Assembly: GCA_018333515.1 (NCBI GenBank)
Contig: JAGXSZ010000031.1
Coordinates: 17,654 to 81,653 of the forward strand
Direction of reading: 5' to 3'
Length of the DNA: 64,000 bases
Source: Actinomycetota bacterium
GTDB taxonomy: Bacteria; Actinomycetota; Aquicultoria; Aquicultorales; Aquicultoraceae
Every line of letters begins with the position of its first letter. Position 1 is the first letter of the stretch. Shown piece after piece: positions 58,780 through 64,000 of the stretch. Both the position numbers and the translations under genes were made by a program. Below the pieces are notes generated by a model that was not told where the DNA came from, did no database searches, and was given only the letters and a program-made list of their open reading frames with translations.

Positions 58780-59619
58780 GTGAGCAACGAGGCTAAGGGA
58801 TTGCTGGGTAAAATCAAAGATTTCTACAATAACAACCAACGCAAGGCGAATATCATCATAATCGCGATTGCGGCGTTTGGTGTCTTCACCTATGGAGCGC
58901 TCCAATATACCGGAAGTCCCGGCTTCTGCAAAAGTTGCCATGAGATGAACCCGGCCTTCGATAGCTGGAAAGCCTCGGTCCACTCGGAGGTAACCTGCTA
59001 TTCGTGCCATATGCCGCCGGGCATCGTAAACTTCGCGACCCACAAAGTGATCGCCTTAAAGGAAGTCTACCTTCACTTTACGGTCTACAATAAGCCAAAC
59101 GCGCCGAAGATAGTCGCACGTCAAAAAGAGCCGGTCAATGACGCCTGCGGTAATTGTCACTCCCTCAACAGGGAGATGGCGTTCGGCGGCGGTCTCAACG
59201 TGCCCCATAAGCTCCATATCGAACAAGGACTAAAGTGCACGACTTGTCACGCGAGAGTAGTTCACGGGCTCGGCGACGATAAGGCCCGCAAGCCGAAGAT
59301 GGAAACGTGTATGAAGTGCCACGACGGCAAGAAAGCGCCCGATAAATGCGATGTCTGCCATACCAAGATGGGGACTCCTGAAAGTCATCAGCAGGCGAAC
59401 TGGTTCAAAGTCCATGGTGAGCAATCCAAGACCATTAAATGTAACGAGTGCCATAACTGGAGACCCGACTGGTGTATGGATTGCCATACCAAGAAACCCG
59501 AATCGCACGCCGTGCGCTGGAGGTCGAACCATGGCTCGGCGGCGAAAGCTGCTCGGGACGGCTGCAACGCTTGCCACACGCTCGACTTCTGCATGCGCTG
59601 TCATGGTGTCCAACCTTAA
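58780..59619 (+). CDS. Membrane-anchored decahaem c-type cytochrome, collinear paralogue of the upstream gene
   Basis: GTG start 2 nt after the upstream stop and a TM segment (IIIIAIAAFGVFTYGAL). Ten CxxCH motifs: CKSCH, CYSCH, CGNCH, CTTCH, CMKCH, CDVCH, CNECH, CMDCH, CNACH, CMRCH, with the same spacing pattern as the previous protein. Confidence 0.85.
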   Translation: MSNEAKGLLGKIKDFYNNNQRKANIIIIAIAAFGVFTYGALQYTGSPGFCKSCHEMNPAFDSWKASVHSEVTCYSCHMPPGIVNFATHKVIALKEVYLHFTVYNKPNAPKIVARQKEPVNDACGNCHSLNREMAFGGGLNVPHKLHIEQGLKCTTCHARVVHGLGDDKARKPKMETCMKCHDGKKAPDKCDVCHTKMGTPESHQQANWFKVHGEQSKTIKCNECHNWRPDWCMDCHTKKPESHAVRWRSNHGSAAKAARDGCNACHTLDFCMRCHGVQP

Positions 59620-59852
59620 TAAGCGAGTATGCCGCTAAAGACTAGACGGTAAATCTAAACGCCGGGCGAGCACCGGTATTATCTGCAAGATTCTCGATAT
59701 CTCAACTCCCGAACATGTTGGGCTCATTAATCCGCAATTCGACCTTGCCGAGGTTTGACTCAGAGCTCTCCGGCGCTTACGCAAAACAAAAGATACTCGC
59801 GGCTGTTGTAAAATCCCTCTCTTAATCCTAAGATTGAGACAGGAGGCCGAAG

Positions 59853-61400
59853 ATGAACTGCGATGATGCCAGGCGTTCGCTCGCCGACTACACTGACGAC
59901 CAACTAAGTGAAGATATTCGCCGCGACGTCGAGGAGCATCTCACAACATGCGGCGAATGCGCTGCTATACCGGCTAAGTTACGCGAACTTCCCCAGTCGT
60001 TGCGAGACATCCCTCCTCTTCTCGTCCCGGAATCCATATATCAGCAGCTAGCCGACAAAGCGGCCGGGACGTTTAAAGCTACAGCGGGTAGACGCAAAAT
60101 CGCGCCCCGAGGCCTGGAACGGTTTGCGCGCTCGGCTACACTTGGCGTCGCCGCTATCTTCATAGCCGTGACTCTTGCCGCCTTCACCTTCGCCCTCATG
60201 TTCGATCAGGGGTTCGCAATACTGGATATCTTCAACATCAGTGACCTCGCGCCCGAACCGGGACAGAGTGCCGCTGAGAGGACCCTGAACCAGAGCTTTG
60301 AAGACCTCGTGTTAAAAGCAGAGAGCGGTGGCCCCAGAGCCTATGATTACCTCCCGCGCCCGGAAATCTTAGTGTCGGGAAAACACTACGCTGAGGATGC
60401 CTTGGAACAGGTCGCGATCCAGCCCATAATCGTCGCTTTTTCTCAGGAATACCGGACCGTCGAAGCAAAGCTCTACCGAGCCAACATCATATCTGAGATT
60501 ACAGCTCAAGCGGCTATCCTTGGTCTGGAGAAGCGCGTTTTGGGTCGGTGTATGGAGACCATTCTTGCGACGACAAACGACCTCGCCCTCCCCTCTTACG
60601 TCGAAAAAGCCTTCTTGAACGAAAAAGAGGTCTTGTTTATCGTCGTCAACCGCACCGATGCGAAAAGCGGTAAACTGCTCACCGGAATCTCGGTCTTCGC
60701 GTTCGACCCTGCAACCGCATCCATTGTGGCGACCTGGCCGCAGACTCCATTGAGCCAGGCGGTCGAGTTGCGTGACATTAATCCGCACAAATCGCTTGCC
60801 TGCATCGCATGCCACCCTAACTTTGAGGGTTCGACAAAAGATCTCGAGGACGCAGGCTGGAAAGAGGTCGCCAAGCGTACCTGCTCGCAATGCCACAGCC
60901 ACAAAAAGCAGCACGAAATTTATGCTAAGAGCATCCACGGGCAATTGGCGCTCAGCAAAAGAACCGGTAAAGGGGGCGTGCCGGCGCCGGCTTGCGGCGA
61001 CTGCCACGATGCGCACGCGACGCTGGCATCGAACAAGAAACCGCAAACCCTTGCCGAGATGAGAACTCACGCCAAAAATATTTGCGGCGACTGCCATAAA
61101 GACTATTGGGAATCGTACAACGATTATTACCACGGTAAAGCATATAAAGCGGCCGCCCCCGACGCACCGGCATGTTGGGACTGCCACGGAAACCACGACA
61201 TTCAACCTTCGCGCAATCCGAAATCGCGAGTATCCGGAAAAAACTTGCCGAAAACTTGTAGTGCCTGCCATGCGGAAGCTGAGCTAAAGTTCGTCAAATA
61301 TGGAAAAATGGTGCATGGTATGAAAGCGGAGCAAGACAAAAGTCCGGTTTGGCGGCAATTCGACAGCGGGCTCGAAGCGTTGAAAGGACTTCTGAGATGA
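59853..61400 (+). CDS. Zinc-anti-sigma (zf-HC2)-like N-terminal domain - TM - extracytoplasmic domain - C-terminal hexahaem cytochrome c domain
   Basis: N-terminus MNCDDARRSL...EEHLTTCGEC (C...H-x3-C-x2-C) and a TM segment LGVAAIFIAVTLAAFTFALMF. Six CxxCH motifs lie in the last ~190 aa (CIACH, CSQCH, CGDCH, CGDCH, CWDCH, CSACH). RBS AGGAGG. Confidence 0.8.
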   Translation: MNCDDARRSLADYTDDQLSEDIRRDVEEHLTTCGECAAIPAKLRELPQSLRDIPPLLVPESIYQQLADKAAGTFKATAGRRKIAPRGLERFARSATLGVAAIFIAVTLAAFTFALMFDQGFAILDIFNISDLAPEPGQSAAERTLNQSFEDLVLKAESGGPRAYDYLPRPEILVSGKHYAEDALEQVAIQPIIVAFSQEYRTVEAKLYRANIISEITAQAAILGLEKRVLGRCMETILATTNDLALPSYVEKAFLNEKEVLFIVVNRTDAKSGKLLTGISVFAFDPATASIVATWPQTPLSQAVELRDINPHKSLACIACHPNFEGSTKDLEDAGWKEVAKRTCSQCHSHKKQHEIYAKSIHGQLALSKRTGKGGVPAPACGDCHDAHATLASNKKPQTLAEMRTHAKNICGDCHKDYWESYNDYYHGKAYKAAAPDAPACWDCHGNHDIQPSRNPKSRVSGKNLPKTCSACHAEAELKFVKYGKMVHGMKAEQDKSPVWRQFDSGLEALKGLLR

Positions 61401-61463
61401 GATATGGCATTCAAAAAACGCCGGTCGAGTATCCGGCAAGGAGAGTGGAGAGGTCTGTTTGGT

Positions 61464-62360
61464 ATGAAGTGCGGTAAGGCATTGCGCTTACTCCCCTTTT
61501 ATTATGATGGGATTTTAAGACAGGAGCGCGCTGAAGAGGTCTCCTCACATATTCGCGCGTGCCCATCGTGCTCGGCTGAACTCCTTAAGATAGAACGGTT
61601 ATCACAGGCGCTCTATTCGCTATCCGATGTAGAGCTACCGCGCTCGCTAGCGGAAGAACTCGAGTCGACTCTGCGCAAACGCAATATCCATCGGCTTTCG
61701 ACAAAAGCAAGGCGCTACTCCATAGAGAAGCGCGCTTCCCTACTGCGCGCGGCTCTAAGCTTAGGATACGCGGCACTCGTCGCCGCAAGCGTTTTAGCTA
61801 TAACCAAATCAGGTGTCTGGCAGAACCGGCAAGCGCCATCGGCAGGCGCCCCAGGCGCCCTTGAAAATCAGAATTCGCGACCACCCGTAAAACTTAAGCA
61901 GCCGCTCAAAGAGAAACGTGCGGAGCCGGGAGTGGAGAGCCTCGAGCGCTTTAAGGGAGGCATAGGGCTTTCGCTCCAACCCGAAGTGGCAATCTCAAAG
62001 CAGGACTACACGGTAGAAGATGTGGATGATGTGAAGTTCACGTCGGTCGTTCTAAGCTTTGCCGACCGATATACCGCGGAAGATGCGGTAGCTTTGCGCG
62101 GTAAAATGGTAAGTGGTATCATCGACGCCGCTGGACAGGCCGGCCAAGATATAGGCTCGACCTCGCGGGCACTGTCGACCGCGCTCGCCGCCATCGATAA
62201 ACCCGCGCTCCCCGCGTACGCCGAACGCGCTAGCCTTCAGGGGCGCGACGTCTGGCTTTTTGTCCTGGTGTGGAGTCCCGGAGGCTCCACGGGGGCTCTT
62301 TCGAGCGCCTCGGTGGTCGCGGTCGACCCGGCGTCGAACGAGGTCGTGCTCACCAAATAA
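61464..62360 (+). CDS. Zinc-anti-sigma (zf-HC2)-like transmembrane protein, haem-less paralogue of the upstream gene
   Basis: MKCGKALRLL...SHIRACPSC (H-x3-C-x2-C) and a TM segment LLRAALSLGYAALVAASVLAI. The extracytoplasmic part aligns with the middle of the upstream protein (ALPAYAERASL..VWLFVLV / ALPSYVEKAFL..VLFIVV; VVAVDPASNEVV / VFAFDPATASIV). The ORF-track start at 61404 is an alternative. Confidence 0.7.
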   Translation: MKCGKALRLLPFYYDGILRQERAEEVSSHIRACPSCSAELLKIERLSQALYSLSDVELPRSLAEELESTLRKRNIHRLSTKARRYSIEKRASLLRAALSLGYAALVAASVLAITKSGVWQNRQAPSAGAPGALENQNSRPPVKLKQPLKEKRAEPGVESLERFKGGIGLSLQPEVAISKQDYTVEDVDDVKFTSVVLSFADRYTAEDAVALRGKMVSGIIDAAGQAGQDIGSTSRALSTALAAIDKPALPAYAERASLQGRDVWLFVLVWSPGGSTGALSSASVVAVDPASNEVVLTK

Positions 62361-62415
62361 TCTCAACGCTGACCGGATGGAAAAGGCGCTGACGTCTCTT
62401 TACTGAGGGGCTCGG

Positions 62416-63288
62416 CTAACCCTCGTGATGCGCATCGTGGGCGACTTCGGTGTTCGTGTTTTCCGCACGGTCCTCCTCACCCGATTTGTTTCTCCGCTCT
62501 TTTAAATCATGCGGCTTTATGCCGAAAAAGAAGAACAGCAGCGCCGGTAGATCCTCGGTGATCGCGAGATAGATATGCGCGCACATAAACGCACTCACGA
62601 CCCAGGTCACGAAATAATGGACGGTTCTCACGTAGACCCGCGCCAGCGCAAGCCCTCCCACTGAGGATGCCGGCCAACCGAGAAGCTGCGGCGAAAACAG
62701 CAGCGCAAGCCCGGTCACTATCTGAATGAAGATTAACGTGGGAACCATGAGACCGTATGATGCTTTCTGCATCGGGTTATAGGTTGCGACGTGCGGTTTC
62801 GACTTGGCCATGAACGCATAGTATTTAAGCGTCGGCACAAAGGCCGTCATGTCTTTCTTGGTAAGCGCGAATTCGCGGTAATCCTTGCTCTTATGGAGAA
62901 ACGCATAGCCGATTCTTATGAAGAATATCGCCGTGACGGCGAAAGCCGCGACATAGTGCAGATATTTGATGGTCGTGCGATTACCGAAAGGCAGTTCAAA
63001 CGGAAATCGGATATATATGCCGCTCACCATCAACACGACCATCGAGCCCACCAACATCAAGTGCATAGAACGACGAACCAACGATGGTAATTCCACATGG
63101 TCGGGCCACTGCCATAATTTGAACCGCTTGCGGGCCCGACCGGTCATTACGTTGCCGGTAAAATGACCGACATACATGCCGATGATGACGAGTACCAGAA
63201 GCGCGGGCCCGATGACATCAAGCGCCAGGTTTATTTGTATGATGGGAAGCGACTCATTCATCAAACCCCGTTTCTGCCGAGACAACAC
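62416..63288 (-). CDS. Integral-membrane b-type cytochrome (Ni/Fe-hydrogenase / formate dehydrogenase gamma-like cytochrome b family)
   Basis: 290 aa with about 5 TM segments carrying conserved His (VGHFTG, SMHLMLVG, KYLHYVAAF, TVHYFVTW, CAHIYLAI). An acidic/His tail follows. An alternative start is MNESLP at 63261. Confidence 0.65.
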   Translation of the reverse strand: MLSRQKRGLMNESLPIIQINLALDVIGPALLVLVIIGMYVGHFTGNVMTGRARKRFKLWQWPDHVELPSLVRRSMHLMLVGSMVVLMVSGIYIRFPFELPFGNRTTIKYLHYVAAFAVTAIFFIRIGYAFLHKSKDYREFALTKKDMTAFVPTLKYYAFMAKSKPHVATYNPMQKASYGLMVPTLIFIQIVTGLALLFSPQLLGWPASSVGGLALARVYVRTVHYFVTWVVSAFMCAHIYLAITEDLPALLFFFFGIKPHDLKERRNKSGEEDRAENTNTEVAHDAHHEG

Positions 63289-63556
63289 AGAGGGCGTGAA
63301 TCGCTTATGCGACTGCTATCTCGGGGCAACAAGATCGCACTTACATATTCAGCTTTGCGATTGCATCATACATCTTCGGCGCGGAGCAATCAAGCGCCGA
63401 GTAATACTAAGCGGCTTCGAGCCTTCGACCTTATTTTGAGGATCAGTATTAAGGCAAGGGTTTATTGTGCAAGGTCACGCGCTAATCAATACCGTGTTGA
63501 TATCGCGCTACAGCGGTTTGTGGATAATTCCGTAGCACAAATTCCTTAAAATCTCC

Positions 63557-63585
63557 TTGTAAGTAACAAACCGTTATTACATAAT
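63557..63585 (+). promoter_or_regulatory. Candidate promoter of the third NapC/NirT-like cytochrome gene
   Basis: TTGTAA (63557-63562), 17 nt, CATAAT (63580-63585). A GGGGGG RBS precedes the ATG at 63635. Confidence 0.4.
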
Positions 63586-63634
63586 ATTATCGATATCTTT
63601 ATCATCAATCGTTTAGCTGAGGCTTGGGGGGACT

Positions 63635-64000
63635 ATGCCGGATACGGTGGAAGAGCCACAGAAAACATCGGGCGGAAAAACGGGAAAATTCAAGCGTGGG
63701 TATTTTTTGGCGATTGCCGTTGCCCTTCTGGCGCTCTTTCTAGCCATCCCCTATGCCTATACGTCCGACCCCAAGAGCTGCACCCTCTGCCACAGTATGG
63801 ACAAATACTATGAATCGTGGCAAAAATCGACACATGCAACCGCCGCAAGCAATTGTTTTGAATGCCATGTTAAAGACGGCACTTTGAATATATGGGTCTA
63901 CCGTATTAGCTTCTATCGTGAAATATACGCGAGCATAGTCGGCGCCGAACTCAAACCGGCCGGCGCCACCGTGCCCGGTGTGGATTCATGTCAGAAACAA
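63635..64000 (+). CDS. NapC/NirT-like membrane-anchored multihaem cytochrome, 3'-truncated by the window end
   Basis: Not in the ORF track because no stop is reached. My own translation is MPDTVEEPQKTSGGKTGKFKRGYFLAIAVALLALFLAIPYAYTSDPKSCTLCHSMDKYYESWQKSTHATAASNCFECHVKDG... It has the same TM-CxxCH-W..S.H-CxxCH start as the two decahaem proteins. Confidence 0.75.
   Translation, partial: MPDTVEEPQKTSGGKTGKFKRGYFLAIAVALLALFLAIPYAYTSDPKSCTLCHSMDKYYESWQKSTHATAASNCFECHVKDGTLNIWVYRISFYREIYASIVGAELKPAGATVPGVDSCQKQ

Noticed and set aside
59620-59852. Possible remnant or small gene for an ECF sigma factor upstream of the anti-sigma-like genes (a frame reads ...LRALRRLRK...)
   Set aside because: That frame is opened by a stop codon just upstream and is only ~35 codons long. 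No region 2 or region 4 sigma motifs appear in any of the three forward frames. The GAAC...CGC string there has 18-nt spacing and weak similarity to ECF promoters.

Overview
The window looks like a moderately GC-rich chromosomal segment from a probably monoderm (Terrabacteria-type) bacterium. I found no rRNA, CRISPR array, transposase or integrase.

Positions ~1-47300 are mostly minus-strand housekeeping genes:
- Two coiled-coil cell-wall hydrolases (NlpC/P60 and M23) and a TldD/PmbA pair.
- A sulfur-trafficking run: larB-larE, then Rrf2-cysK-cysE-nifS-nifU-mnmA.
- A PAS-4xGAF-PP2C phosphatase and tRNA-Leu(UAA).
- A long conserved synteny block (ppx-DUF501-ftsB-pyk-eno-mazG-prsA-mfd-pth-ctc-prs-glmU-spoVG-ridA-ispE-veg-ksgA-yabE-tatD-metG / abrB / rsmI), followed by a few accessory genes (membrane protein, DUF362 ferredoxin, Lon-like protease, ROK kinase, phosphoesterase).

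Positions ~47400-64000 form a metal/redox accessory island:
- copA, whose first CxxC cysteine codon is an in-frame TGA, sits divergent from csoR.
- A 7-gene BlaI/BlaR1-type operon. Its M56 sensor-protease ends in a short Cys-rich tail instead of a penicillin-binding domain, and it is followed by a DUF2318 protein, a Cys-rich anchored protein and an FtsX/FtsX/ABC exporter.
- The most interesting part is a multihaem cytochrome cluster: CcdA, two tandem paralogous membrane-anchored decahaem cytochromes, a zinc-anti-sigma (HxxxCxxC) transmembrane protein fused to an extracytoplasmic hexahaem cytochrome domain, a haem-less paralogue of it, a b-type cytochrome, and a third NapC/NirT-like cytochrome truncated by the window end.
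- No sigma factor and no catalytic reductase are visible in this cluster. I read it as a candidate haem-sensing regulatory plus electron-export module.

All calls rest on reading the translated ORFs and the DNA by eye. No database search was run.
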